64,000 nucleotides of DNA from Macrostomum lignano (Eukaryota). The DNA is taken from positions 124,001 through 188,000 of the forward strand of contig NIVC01000003.1 of the NCBI GenBank assembly GCA_002269645.1. Direction: 5' to 3'. Positions 23,836-37,170 of this stretch are shown one piece after another. A program made the position numbers and the translations under genes. The stretch's first letter is position 1. Each line of letters opens with the position of its first letter. The notes under the pieces are model-generated. The model was given only the letters and a program-made list of their open reading frames with translations. It was not told where the DNA came from and made no database searches.

Positions 23836-24012
23836 GGAATCGCTGTAGGAGTCCTATTTCTAGGAATCGCTGTAGGAGTCCTATTTCTAGGAATCGCCGT
23901 AGGAGTCCCATTTCACGGAATCGCCGTAGGAGTCCCATTTCACGGAATCGCCGTAGGAGTCCTATTTCTAGGAATCACTGTAGAAATTCCATTTCGAGGA
24001 ATCTCTGTAGAA
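23836..24012. repeat. 27-bp minisatellite (GGAATCGCTGTAGGAGTCCTATTTCTA)
   Basis: About 6-7 copies upstream of MGST3. Confidence 0.9.
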
Positions 24013-24107
24013 TCCTGTTTCGAAGAGACATTTACCTGTCAGTGCTGTGCTGAATTCAATGCCATCTGCCACCCGATCCACCCGCAGCTTAAATCGCAGA
24101 CGCAGTC

Positions 24108-25089
24108 ATGCATCTGATGAACGCCATCAAGACTGTGAACCCGCACCTGCAGCAGGGCCTGCCCCGCCACTACGGCTGGGTGGTTCTGGCCGGCTCTGGC
24201 GGGTTCTTTGTCAACTATTACCTGGCTGGCCGGGTCATGCAGGCCCGCAAGAAGTTCGGAGTGGAATACCCGGACATGTACAGCAAGGATAGCAAGGAGT
24301 TCAACTGCGTGCAACGTTCGCACCAGAACTACCTGGAGTCGATGCCGTTCTTCTACTTCATGCTGGTGTTTGGCGGCCTGCAGGCTCCCAGGTGAGCGGC
24401 GCGATAACTTCCGGTGTTGTGAGGTTCCGGTGTTAAAAGGTTCCGGTTTGAAATTCCGTGTCGTAAGGTACCGGTGTTGTGAGGTTCCGGTGTTGTAAGG
24501 TTCCAGTGTTGTGAGGTTCCGGTGTTGTAAGGTACCGGTGTTGTGAGGTTCCGGTGTTGTAAGGTTCCGGTGTTGTGAGGTTCCGGTACTGTAAGGTACC
24601 GGTTTTGTGAGGTTCCAGTGTTGTGAGGTTCCGGTGCTGTAAGGTACCGGTGTTGTGAGGTTCCGGTGTTGTAAGGTTCCGGTGTTGTGAGGTTCCGGTG
24701 CTGTAATTTCGGTGTGGTGCTGCAAGCGAGCCGAGTCGAATTTGCAGCAGCTAAGATGGCAGCTCCTATGTGTAAAGCAAGTCCATGTAAAACTAACTGG
24801 GGCTGATTAATTCTACTGCCAACATTTTGTGGGGAATCTGCCCGATCTCAACAGAGGATAGCTTAGCAAATAAATTCTACCGTTAAAATCCCCTAACCCC
24901 TCCCCCAGGTGCTCGGCCGCCTGCGCCGCCATCTACCTGGCCGGCCGAGTAGTGTACGCCCAGGGCTACTCAACCGGCGACCCGAAGAAGCGAATGCGCG
25001 GCGCCTTCGGCTACATCGGCCTGTTCACCCTGCTGCTGAACACCGTGATCCTGGGCGGCCGCATGATCAAGGCCGCCTACGACAACTGA
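24108..25089 (+). CDS. MGST3: Microsomal glutathione S-transferase 3 (MAPEG family)
   Basis: Exons 24108-24391 and 24909-25089 (phase 2, AG|G). Motifs YGWV, VMQARKKFGVEYPDMY, FNCVQRSHQNYLE, GRVVYAQGYSTGDPKKRMRGAFGYIGL. Confidence 0.95.
24410..24715. repeat. 16-bp minisatellite (GGTGTTGTGAGGTTCC) in the MGST3 intron
   Basis: About 19 copies with variants. Confidence 0.9.
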
Positions 25090-25795
25090 GCCGGGAACTA
25101 AGAGTACAAATCAGTGCGAACTGCACACAGTACAGTTTCTAGTGTGAGACCTGTTTGTTGAACTCTGCACCAGTGAGCTCGGATTGCCCCCCCCGCTTTA
25201 GTCAGTGTTGTCTCCATAACTATCTATTAAAATTAGTGATTTACAGTGTAGTTTATTGCTAGTTAGAATCGCTCTGTCCCACTAATTGCTTCAGTAAAGC
25301 TGTCGGGCTCGTCTGACAGCGCTGCGCAACTTTTTTAGATTTTAGTGTGCAACTTACTCAAATCAGAAGGCGTATTTGTGTTTTTTTCTTAATTTTGAAT
25401 TTAGAAAAATGCTACAGTTGATGGGAAACACAGTTTTTTTAAGTTTAGCCGCTTGAGCAATCTCAGTTGCTTCGCTGTTTTCTAGAAGATGGTAGTCTTT
25501 AAGTCAAAAACAGTCTTTGTCGGTCATTTTGTTCCCTTCGATAATGCGCTCTTTTGTTAAAAAAATGCTTCCCCCTCTGATGTTCAGCTGGTAGTTTCCC
25601 AGTAATTACTCTGTAGCCTAAGTGTTAGTCAGGCAACTTAGCGAGTCAATGAAATACAAAATGTTGAATTGCATACAGCTTTTTCTGTTACACCCAGTCT
25701 CCATAGTTACAGCACTCTGTCTGAATCTTCTGTGTTGGCGCACATTTTTGTCAAGTCGTATTCATTTCGTTTTTAATTTATTTTCTTAAAGAAAT

Positions 25796-27657
25796 TACTC
25801 CTCTCCGCTCCCCCCGCCTCTCCGCTCCCTCCGACTCTCCGCTCCCTCTGACTCTCCGCTCCCTCCGACTCTCCCCTCTCTCTGAATCTCCCCTCCCTCC
25901 GCCTCTCCGCTCCCCCCGCCTCTCCGCTCCCCCCGCCTCTCCGCTCCCTCCGACTCTCCCCTCCCTCTGAATCTCCCCTCCCTCCGCCTCTCCGCTCCCT
26001 CTGAATCTCCCCTCCCTCTGAATCTCCATTCCCTCTGACTCTCCCCTCCCTCTGAATCTCCACTCCCTCTGAATTTTCGCTCCCTCTGACTCTCCCCTCC
26101 CTCTAAATCTCCGCTCCCTCCGACTCTCCCCTCCCTCTGACTCTCCGCTCCCTCCGACTCTCCCCTCCCTCTGAATCTCCACTCCCTCCGACTCTCCCCT
26201 CCCTCTGAATCTCCACTCCCTCTGAATCTCCACTCCCATTGAATCTCCACTCCCTCTGAATCTCCGCTCCCTCTGAATCTCTACTCCCATTGAATCTCCG
26301 CTCCCTCTGAAATTCCGCTCCCTCCGACTCTCCCCTCCCTCTGACTCTCCGCTCCCTCCGACTCTCCCCTCCCTCTGAATCTCCACTCCCTCCGACTCTC
26401 CGCTCCCTCTGAATCTCCGCTCCCTCCGACTCTCCCCTCCCTCTGATTCTCCGCTCCCTCCGACTCTCCCCTCCCTCTGAATCTCCGCTCCCTCTGAATC
26501 TCCGCTCCCTCTGACTCTCCCCTCCCTCTGAATCTCCGCTCCCTCCGACTCTCCCCTCCCTCTGAATCTCCACTCCCATTGAATCTCCGCTCCCTCTGAA
26601 TCTCCACTCCCATTGAATCTCCCCTCCCTCTGAATCTCCGCTCCCTCTGAATCTCCGCTCCCTCCGACTCTCCCCTCCCTCTGACTCTCCGCTCCCTCCG
26701 ACTCTCCCCTTCCTCTGAATCTCCGCTCCCTCCGACTCTCCCCTCCCTCTGAATCTCCACTCCCTCTGAATCTCCACTCCCTCCGACTCTCCCCTCCCTC
26801 TGAATCTCCACTCCCTCTGAATCTCCGCTCCCTCCGACTCTCCACTCCCTCTGAATCTCCACTCCCTCTGAATCTCCGCTCCCTCCGACTCTCCCCTCCC
26901 TCTGACTCTCCACTCTCTCTGAATCTCCACTCCCTCTGAATCTCCGCTCCCTCCGACTCTCCCCTCCCTGTGAATCTCCACTCCCTCTGAATCTCCACTC
27001 CCTCTGAATCTCCGCTCCCTCCGACTCTCCCTCCCTCTGAATCTCCGCTCCCTCTGAATCTCCGCTCCCTCCGACTCTCCCCTCCCTCTGAATCTCCATT
27101 CCCTCTGAATCTCCGCTCCCTCCGCCTCTCCCCTCCCTCTGAATCTCCCCTCCCTCTGAATCTCCCCTCCCTCTGAATCTCCCCTCCCTCCGACTCTCCC
27201 CTCCCTCCGACTCTCCCCTCCCTCTGAATCTCCCCTCCCTCTGAATCTCCGCTCCCTCCGCCTCTCCCCTCCCTCTGAATCTCCCCTCCCTCTGAATCTC
27301 CCCTCCCTCCGACTCCCCTCTCTCTGAATCTCCTCTCCCTCTGAATCTCCCCTCCCTCTGAATCTCCCCTTCCTCTGAATCTCCTCTCCCTCTGAATCTC
27401 CCCTCCCTCCGCCTCTCCCCTCCCTCCGACTCTCCCCTCCCTCCGACTCTCCCCTCCCTCTGAATCTCCCCTCCCTCTGAATCTCCCCTCCCTCTGAATC
27501 TCCGCTCCCTCCTCCCCCTCCGACTCTCCCCTCCCTCCGACTCTCCCCTCCCTCTGAATCTCCCCTCCCTCTGAATCTCCCCTCCCTCTGAATCTCCCCT
27601 CCCTCTGAATCTCCCCTCCCTCTCAATCTCCCCTCCCTCCGACTCTCCGCTCCCTCA
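25796..27657. repeat. ~17-bp pyrimidine-rich satellite (CTCTGAATCTCCCCTCC and variants)
   Basis: About 1.9-kb tandem array; source of the ORFs at 25773-27626. Confidence 0.95.
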
Positions 27658-28242
27658 GTCCCTCAAGCCACTTAAAGCATTTAAAGCAATCAAAATGCAG
27701 AGAAAAAAAACGGTACGCATCATTGAATTTAAATGTAATGATTTAATGCAATTTAATTAGCGACAACGCTCATTTGATGCGTTGTCTGTTTGTTTATCCT
27801 AGTTACCGGGCGCCAACAATGTCTGCGTTCAGTTGTCTAATGGCTTCCTTGTAGAAGGCTAAGCCTAGGAAGACCGAAGGATAACTGCTTTCTTCGGGCT
27901 AAGAGGAACAATGCAAAATGGGAATTGCATAGTTCGGCTGTGTCCTTGTGTGGTGTCTATGTTGTAATTAAACCACTGTACAACTCGCTTTGGTTCCACT
28001 TTTTTGAAAACTAAAAGCCGAAAACAAGGTAAGCATGCTTTGATAAGCACAAAGAGTTACATGCAGGCAAAAACATAGGATTTCGCACTTCTTTCCCTAG
28101 CCTCATCTGATAAATTCGTCACGAAGTTTTGCCCAGCCTCCACTTCTGCTGCAATTTTTACTCGTAGAACTCCGTGGTTACTTGGACGCAGGGCGCAGGC
28201 TGGCTGCGAGTTTTCATTATGCATGCCAGGACAGAAGCAATC

Positions 28243-29838
28243 ATTTGAGTAGGTAGGCAGGAAAAGCGGCACCCAGCCCAGCACCATAGTTTGAGTAGGT
28301 AGGCAGGAATAGCGGCACCCAGCCCAGCACCATAGTTTGAGTAGGTTGGCAGGAATAGCGGCACCCAGCCCAGCACCATAGTTTGAGTAGGTAGGCAGGA
28401 ATAGCGGCACCCAGCCCAGCACCATAGTTTGAGTAGGTAGGCAGGAATAGCGGCGCCCAGCACCATAGTTTGAGTAGGTTGGCAGGAATAGCGGCACCCA
28501 GCCCAGCACCATAGTTTGAGTAGGTTGGCAGGAATAGCGGCACCCAGCTCAGCACCATAGTTTGAGTAGGTAGGCAGGAATAGCGGCACCCAGCCCAGCA
28601 CCATAGTTTGAGTAGGTTGGCAGGAATAGCGGCAACCAGCCCAGCACCATAGTTTGAGTAGGTAGGCAGGAATAGCGGCACCCAGCTCAGCACCATAGTT
28701 TGAGTAGGTAGGCAGTAATAGCGGCACCCAGCTCAGCACCATAGTTTGAGTAGGTAGGCAGGAATAGCGGCACCCAGCCCAGCACCATAGTTTGAGTAGG
28801 TTGGCAGGAATAGCGGCAACCAGCCCAGCACCATAGTTTGAGTAGGTAGGCAGGAATAGCGGCACCCAGCTCAGCACCATAGTTTGAGTAGGTAGGCAGG
28901 AATAGCGGCACCCAGCTCAACACCATAGTTTGAGTAGGTTGGCAGGAGTAGCGGCAACCAGCTCAGCACCATAGTTTGAGTAGGTAGGCAGGAATAGCGG
29001 CACCCAGCTCAGCACCATAGTTTGAGTAGGTAGGCAGGAATAGCGGCACCCAGCTCAGCACCATAGTTTGAGTAGGTTGGCAGGAATAGCGGCACCCAGC
29101 CCAGCACCATAGTTTGAGTAGGTAGGCAGGAATAGCGGCACCCAGCTCAGCACCATAGTTTGAGTAGGTAGGCAGGAATAGCGGCACCCAGCTCAGCACC
29201 ATAGTTTGAGTAGGTAGGCAGGAATAGCGGCACCCAGCCCAGCACCATAGTTTGAGTAGGTAGGCAGGAATAGCGGCACCCAGCCCAGCACCATAGTTTG
29301 AGTAGGTTGGCAGGAATAACGGCAACCAGCCCAGCACCATAGTTTGAGTAGGTTGGCAGGAGTAGCGGCAACCAGCCCAGCACCATAGTTTGAGTAGGTT
29401 GGCAGGAATAGCGGCACCCAGCCCAGCACCATAGTTTGAGTAGGTAGGCAGGAATAGCGGCACCCAGCCCAGCACCATAGTTTGAGTAGGTAGGCAGGAA
29501 TAGCGGCACCCAGCTCAGCACCATAGTTTGAGTAGGTAGGCAGGAATAGCGGCACCCAGCTCAGCACCATAGTTTGAGTAGGTAGGCAGGAATAGCGGCA
29601 CCCAGCTCAGCACCATAGTTTGAGTGGGTAGGCAGGAATAGCGGCACCCAGCTCAGCACCATAGTTTGAGTAGGTAGGCAGGAATAGCGGCAACCAGCCC
29701 AGCACCATAGTTTGAGTAGGTAGGCAGGAATAGCGGCACCCAGCTCAGCACCATAGTTTGAGTAGGTTGGCAGGAATAGCGGCAACCAGCTCAGCACCAT
29801 AGTTTGAGTAGGTAGGCAGGAATAGCGGCACCCAGCCC
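28243..29838. repeat. 46-bp minisatellite (AGCACCATAGTTTGAGTAGGTAGGCAGGAATAGCGGCACCCAGCCC)
   Basis: About 34 head-to-tail copies with no spacers. Confidence 0.97.
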
Positions 29839-30032
29839 ATTTCTCATCAGATTTGCTATGCTACATGTATTATCGATTTTTCCAACAAGACAAGACAGTG
29901 CGTGAATAATATTTCGATACCATTTTGATATCAATGTCTTCAGAGCCTGGTAGATCTTGTTTATTAGTCAAAACTTCGTGAACCGTCGTGTTATAAAGTT
30001 TTCCTCGATTCATTCCGAGCTGTCGGTCACAT

Positions 30033-30411
30033 TTAGCCGTAGGCGACCACCTCGCAGATGGTGAAGAATTCATTTAGCCGGCTGCGGCCGCGCCTGTTGC
30101 AGCTGAAGTTCCGCACCAAGAAGGCGGTTGAGGTGACGAAGTCCACACAGGCGACGCCGTCCACGGAGATGACGAAGTTGTTGAGTCGCTCCGGGCAGCA
30201 GTCGCCGCGGTTGTACAGCGTCACCTCAGTGATGAAGACCTCATCGGCTGTGCCAGCAGCTCCCACCACTGGTTGGCCCCTTCGGCGCTGCAGAAGCAGG
30301 TCGGGAAAGTCTGCACGAGGTTGCCGTCGATGGCATCGCTGCACAGGTTGTTCCAAGGAGAGTAGAAGGAGCTCTGCTCGCAGCGGGACAACGGCAGTTT
30401 GAGCGGCGAGG
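30033..30411 (-). pseudogene. F-type lectin (fucolectin/FTP domain) exon with frameshift; pseudogene or assembly error
   Basis: Acceptor at 30412-13. EQSSFY...CSDAIDGN...TCFCS...NQWWE lies in one frame and VFITEVTLYNRGDCCPERLNNF...FTICEVVAYG* in another, with the shift near 30252-30262. The R-x-D-x4-R motif is present. Confidence 0.7.
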
Positions 30412-31669
30412 CTGCAAATGTCAAGAGAAACTCGGGAGCGTCAGTCTGGGGTGATTTTAGCTCCACTGCAACCAATTTTTCCCGTATCCATATCTAAGGC
30501 TGCTGAGGTATATTGCAAAGAGATGCTACATGTAGTTTATTCCAAAACTTGTACTGCATTTTTGGCTCCCCAACGCTAAGATACTAAGCTAAAAAATACT
30601 ACTAGCGCTTCACAAACTTATGCAGATGTCAGGCTGTAGGGTTGGTGTTAGGGTTAAGGTTTAGGGTTAGGTTCAGGGTTATAGCGGTAAGATTCGAGTT
30701 AGGGCTAGGGTTAGGGTAGCTTATAACTTAGCTCATGTAGCTTATTAAAAATGTTTATCATAGAAGCGTCATGCAAAAAATTATAGAAGCATCATGCAAA
30801 AACTCATGGACAAAATATTAAATTTAGGGTTATGGTTAGGGTTAAGGGTTAGAAGTTTGACAAGGGATTTTTTAAGATTTCAAGGCTACATGTAGCTTAT
30901 TAAAAAAACGTGTATTGCATTTCTTTGGCTCCCCAACGGGGGGCGTAGATTGCTAGTCCATATCTAAGGCCGTATCTAAATCCCCCCGCGCTGCATATCC
31001 GTATATTTGATTATTTCCCTCAACAGTTCTGCCATCATTTACTATAGCATAGTGATAAAGTAAAGAATGACTAATAATTCCTAACCTATAGGGCTTCGAA
31101 AATCTGTTGCTTGAGTCCCCGACTCGGGGAATATATAAATCCTTCAGGCCCTCGGATTCTCCTCCTTTCTGCCCTAGATAACCTGCTGGATTTGTATTCC
31201 TTCTTGATTTTGCGGGCGGGCCGAGAAACGACATTCTTCGGCCCGCGAGTCAAACTGCATTTGCTTCAGTCTAAGTTCAGTGCAAGTCCTGATTCTCGGC
31301 CCGCAAGAAAATGGAATTTGTCTATGGCACAAAATGCAAACTGTATTTCATTTTAGCTCTGAGCCTAAAAGAGCGACTGACAAAGTAATAAGCTCGTAAT
31401 TAGTCTAACTTTTTATTAAAACTGAATTTCATTAACTCCTGACCCGAGCGTTCTGAGAACATGATAGACTACTCCTGTATAAAAGGAGGCGAGATTTCTG
31501 GGTTGCAGCGCGAAGAAATCGACTTTGTATGCCAACTCCGTGGCCGTGGGCGAATGTTCAATCAGTACACTGGCTTGCCTGTGCCTGGAATTGGAGTCAG
31601 CAAGGCGCTCGACAACGGCCTGTTGGATGATCTAGTAAACGATCTTTCTGCTGAAGCGAGCAGCGACAA

Positions 31670-31940
31670 TCAACTCTGGGAGCTAACAAGTGATGAAGTG
31701 AGCGCCATTTTGGATGTGGAGAATGCCTCACGCGTCGTCTCTACCGAAGCAAAAACAAGACAGTGTGTGGAGAAATTCTGATACTGACTGCGAACAAAGG
31801 GACTTTAATGGAGTTCTGCCGACTGCAGTGCTAGAGAAAAATGGATCCCGTGTTCTATTTTTCCTATAAGTGAGTACCTCTGAACGCCATGTACTGTAAA
31901 GACGGCGTGGGTTGCACCACAAGACTATATTAAATCGTTA
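31670..31940 (+). mobile_element. Possible degenerate Crypton-type (DUF3504/tyrosine recombinase N-terminal) fragment
   Basis: ELTSDEVSAILD...STEAKTRQCVEKF, then after frameshifts LPTAVLEK-W...EY..CTVKTAW...DYIKS, resembles Crypton/ZMYM-type N-terminal helices. By-eye similarity only. Confidence 0.4.
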
Positions 31941-32500
31941 CTGTTGTCCTCTTTGTAATGTTGCACTTTTAACGTTTTAAATACAATCGTTTCGGCTTCG
32001 TCTATGGCCCAGCCCGATATCGGGCAGAGAATGGGCCATTTCTTAAGCAGTCTTGCCCGCAAAATCAAGCAGGAATTAAGATTTCTCTCACAAAAGCTCT
32101 GACAACATCCATTCATTTCTACTGCTCTACCCCCCCCCCCATGAAATCAAGGGCTCAGATGATCTTTTAAGTCTTTTAAGTCTCAGTTTTTGAGTGGCCA
32201 ATGCATGTATTACTAGCTGGCGGGAACTAAAAAATGGTGAATATGCGTTCCCTTAGCCCGTAGCTACGGCAGTGCTGCATCCCAGCTGTTTTGTCGGGTT
32301 GGTCGTTGTCACAAATTAAGACAATAAGCAAGTAGGCAAGCCACTGAGCACACACAGATTCACACAGATACGAACTCGGGCACAAACACCCAGTGTACAG
32401 CGGCCCCGACTTTCTATTATTATTGTCATCGTCAGGCTTGCACCCTCCGTGATTTGGGGACACTCGTGAGCGGGGATTGCTCGACAAACCCCAGGTTTAG

Positions 32501-32776
32501 GGGGTTGCAGCCTAGTGGTTGGGGCGTCGGACTCACGACTTGAAGGTCGGAGGTTCGATTTCCGATCCCACTGGAAAAAATTGTGTCCTTGAGAAGACAT
32601 TTAATTCTGCTCTGCAACTGGGGTAATTGAGGCTGTGTGTGGCGACCCCCCAGTCCTTGCACTGAACCAGCCGTACGCAGCCTTCAGATGCGCTGCGCAA
32701 AGCTGCGGCTGAGCTGTCAGTTGCACATCTGGCCCAATTGGGGCAGGTGTAATCAATCTTTAGTATTAGTATTAGC
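32501..32776 (+). mobile_element. tRNA-derived SINE
   Basis: A box (CCTAGTGGTTGG) and B box (GGTTCGATTTCC) in a tRNA-like head, followed by TTGTGTCCTTGAGAAGACATTTAA (a SINE-body-like motif) and a short (TAGTAT)n tail. Confidence 0.65.
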
Positions 32777-33690
32777 CCAAGAAACCTTTGGTCCGACAGC
32801 TCGCAGTGCCAGCTTACTTGTATAGCCCCGCCGTCTGTACACGGGCCGAGCCGCTGGTGAAACCGCAGCGTCACCAGGCAGCATCAGGTGGCACTTGGAG
32901 TCGGCGAACCGAGCACAGGCGCACCACCTCAGGAGCGAGCACTGGTACAGGCACAGCAGGACGCTGCGGCTGCTCACAACCAGCTCAGCAGCTCCGCATT
33001 GACCGTCCGTTTCCAGCCACAGAGCGCTTTCAGCAGCGGAGTCGTGAACTTCGAGCGATGCCAGCAGTTAGAAGCCCAGAAGCAGATGGTGGAACATCCT
33101 TGGACTTTCGACTGGGTGAGACGGCAGGTTCCGCTTCTGGCTCTTTGATATACAGGTATTTATTACCGAGCAAACTGTATGCTGATTGGCTGCACTGCCT
33201 GTCCAATGGCATCGCTGACAGGCTGGACCGGTTCCGTTCGGTTCGCCATCATTTGTTTTTCGGAGTTCTGATATCTCGGGTTGATTATGGGAAGTGCTTT
33301 CGGAGTTGTGATTTTTCGGGTTATTGATGCCCCCCGTTCCCTCTCTCACAGAGAAGTTGGTGTAATATTGATGAAATGATTTTCTAGCGTAACATGCCAA
33401 CTTCAGTTTAAAACATTGCGATATTGGGAATGAAATGTTCCCATTTTAGCACTAAACTGGCACCATTGGGGCGAGTATGCTTTTGTTCCGGGACGGGACG
33501 GAAGAAAATCGATTTTAATAGATTTAAAATACCAAATGGAGACCAGCAAAGTTGAAGTAGTACCACCGCGTACCAAGGTCTCCACTCTGTGTGCTCCAAC
33601 ATTTTTCAAACTTTTAATAACGTGACTAAAACAAATTATCTATCCTTATAGTTTGCCTTTCATACTACTCGAAACAGAAAGTAGCGAGAA

Positions 33691-34118
<428 letters not shown>

Positions 34119-36799
34119 AAGGAGGCAGGGAGGGAGGAAGACGGACAGGCAGATGGATTGCTCAAGTTCAGCTCAAGAACCATCAAGCGCCCCCACACAG
34201 CGCATTCCTCTGCTTCAAAGAAGTCAATTCCAGAGCCAGGCAACTCTTCGGCAGCAAGCCGGTCCGTGGCCTCGTCCGCCTCCTGACCCAGTTCTCAGTT
34301 CCCCGATCAAGTCTATGAAGATTGCATTGCCGCAAGCGGGCTGAGACTGCGCAATGAAATTGCCGTGGCGCCTCGTCGCAACCGCCGCCCCCAGCCCCCC
34401 AATTTACTCGCCCCTCCGGCCACGTCAGCGGCTCGCTTGGCTGGCCAATTGTTTTCTAAAATAGGAGATTCCAGTAAATAGGAAAATGCCCGCCTGCCCC
34501 ATTAGAGCCAATCACCGGCCTCGCATCCGAGCGCCCCGCGGCTCCCCCGGCGCCGGGCCCGGCGGCTACTTATTGGGGCGAGGCGGTCGCCCAGAAGCCT
34601 GCGCGCACCTGCCGACTCCGCCACCGACGCCAAGAGAGGAGGATCAGCTTCCACTACCGACTGTTGAAAGTGAGGAAAATTCTTCAGGATAATTTCTGAG
34701 CCTATTCAGAGAGTCTGTGAGTTTCGCCATCGCAACTTTCGCTTATTTGCCACACTCTAGGTGGGGGCTGGAAACTGTTCTGATCCTCTCAAGATTGCTG
34801 CTCAGTGCGGCGCATTCTCCCACCTTCTCACTTTGGACCCAGCAGAGGGTGGCTGCTGACAAAGTCCTTGTTGTTTCTGCTGCAACTTCTCGCTATCTGA
34901 GTCAGCAGTGGCGAGTCCTCAGCTCTCCTTTGTCTCACAGAGCTGAGCCGGCTGGGATTTGGACTCGGGCAGTGCAGCTCAACTGCAGTGGGAGGGAGTA
35001 CTTGAGTGCCGGCTGCTTCATGGGCATTGTTGAATGGCAGAGCCACAAAACACTTGCAACAATTGCTGATAGCTCGCATTGGGCCTCGAAACCAAACTGC
35101 CTGGATGCGGGGAAGGAAGGAGCCGCAGAGCTGCAGTCCCTGCCTGCCGATCTGCTGCTACTTCGCCACATTCTGACAGGCAGAACCAGCGCGTCAGACG
35201 CAAGCCCTCCTCAAGAGGAGCAAGTGGAGCTGCTCTCCACGTCAGAACCATGATTCCCCCCTTGTGCCCAGCTTTCGGATGTCTCGGCTGGCCCGTTTTT
35301 GCAGCAGCTGTCCAAAATTTTCCTAATTTAGAAGATGAGAGAAGAGACTGAATGGAGCAGCGGCTTTGCCATCGATCAGCCCTCGGTTCGATTGCTTGCA
35401 TTGTGCTCGCGCTGCTCGGCGAACGCTGAATGCCGCTTCCCACGCTGCCACGACCAGCGAGTCCCGGGCAGGTGGGCGGGGAGTGGGGATAATTGCTTTC
35501 TTCCTCTGCCCGGCAACGCGATTGGCAATGTAAAACTGGGGAACCGGACCGCGGAATTCGCTTCCACGAGCCCGGCTGCCCGCCGGATCTCCGAGGCCGA
35601 CTGCGGCAGGGCAATAATTTCTTGAGTCGGTCAACATGCCGGAGAAGGAGGTAATTACCACCTGTTTGCTCTGGCCACCCAGAGCCACTCGCACAGCACA
35701 CAAAGTTTTTTCTTGTTCGCCATTTCTTGCCTGCTTCGATGAATATTCAATTGCGAGCGGAACATTTTCTGCTCCCGGCTGCTCCTTGATGCTCAAGTTT
35801 AGTGACAAAGTGGCCTCGCTAATCTTTCAGTTCCTCAAGCAGCTCTTTCCCGAGTGGAAGGTGTGAGGGAAGTTTTTCCCCGACTTCTCCCCATCCGACT
35901 GGTTCGTAAATCACAGTCAAGTGGCGCCCGCCCCGATGAAGAGGGAGCCGGGCGGGGGCGGGCATGGGAGGAAAGCGGGACAAATGGCTGCTCAGATGAT
36001 CAATGACTCGAAGGTGGCCGGGGCAGCCAGGCGGCAAAGCGAATGGGATCCGGGGGCTCCAGTTTCATGCTGCAGTTCGGTGTTGCTGGCTGCCTCTTTC
36101 CGCCCCCTCCCCCTGTCTGTCCGCCCCTCCCCCCTCCCCTATCTCGGCGATCGGTGAAGCACGAAAATCAAAGTGGCCAGCCAGTTCAGGAGGAAGCCCG
36201 TGTGAGAAGACTGATGACGAAGAGAGGCTGGAGTTCCCCAGATCCCGAAGCGGGAAACTTGGCGCTGACAGTTTTTGCAGAAAACTCGGAGCTGACCGAT
36301 TTCAAAGTTTAAAAAATCGATGTCACCAATCGGGTGACAAATGGGGGGGGGGGCAGAGGCCCATCTCTCCCGCTCGGTTTTATGGCCCAAGCTGAAGAAG
36401 GTCAGAGGAAACCTCCTGAGGTCTCTTGTGTGGCCGTGAGCTATTCCGCTGCTCTCAGCTACTTGGCAGTTTCTCCTGGAGAGTTGCACTCAGGGCATCG
36501 GTGCAGCCATGGTTCGGGTGGTTAGGCAGAATCGCATTTTTATGTCAACACCGTGGTTAAATAGCTGCATGAGAAGCTCATTGAGAAGCTGCTGCTCACC
36601 TTCACTGCCTCATCATCAATGATTCGGATCAGTGCGCTCTCTCTGAGCAACGATACCCCCACGGCTGGGCTTGCTTGTCACGCTACGGCAAATTTGACGA
36701 AGAAGTGCATGTGGCATCCCGGAGAGGAGCCGCGAGCTTTTCTGCCTTCAACTTTGAAGTGCTTGAGGACCTGCTCGCCCATCGGGTCCTCGCCCTCCA

Positions 36800-37170
36800 A
36801 GCACCTCCAAACACTCTCTGACTCTCGCCCTCTTAACACTCTCTGACTCTCGCCCTCCAAGCACCTCCAAACACTTCCTGACTCTCGCCCTCCAAACACT
36901 TCCAAATACTCCCTGACTCTCGCCCTCGAAACACCTCGAAACACTCTCTGATTCTCGCCCTCCAAACACTCTCTGATTCTCTCCCTCCAAACACTCTCTG
37001 ACTCTCGCCCTCCAAACACTCCCTGACTCTCGCCCTCCAAACACTCCCTGACTCTCGCCCTCCAAACACTCTCTGATTTTCGCCCTCGAAACACCTCGAA
37101 ACACTCTCTGATTCTCGCCCTCCAAACACTCTCTGACTCTCGCCCTCCAGACACTCTCTGACTCTCGCCC
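36800..37170. repeat. ~25-bp minisatellite (ACTCTCTGACTCTCGCCCTCCAAAC)
   Basis: About 15 copies with variants. Confidence 0.92.

Noticed and set aside
28243-29838. 46-bp (and 32-bp at 17700) regular repeats as a possible CRISPR array
   Set aside because: The repeats are head-to-tail without unique spacers, there are no cas genes, and the context is eukaryotic.
30645-30850. TTAGGG-like runs as an interstitial telomere or fusion scar
   Set aside because: Short, degenerate (GGTTAG/GGTTAA/GGTTCA) patches inside what looks like a small dispersed repeat; no inverted telomere junction.
32501-32575. tRNA-Val(CAC) gene
   Set aside because: The anticodon and acceptor stems pair poorly, and it is followed by a SINE-like body and tail; called as a SINE instead.
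32788-33327. GC-rich exon-like island with a GTGAG donor at about 33117
   Set aside because: No recognisable homology, no frame clearly preferred, and no partner exons identified.
34430-34620. CCAAT/GC-box cluster as a promoter
   Set aside because: The motifs are short and no transcript or gene start can be tied to them from sequence alone.
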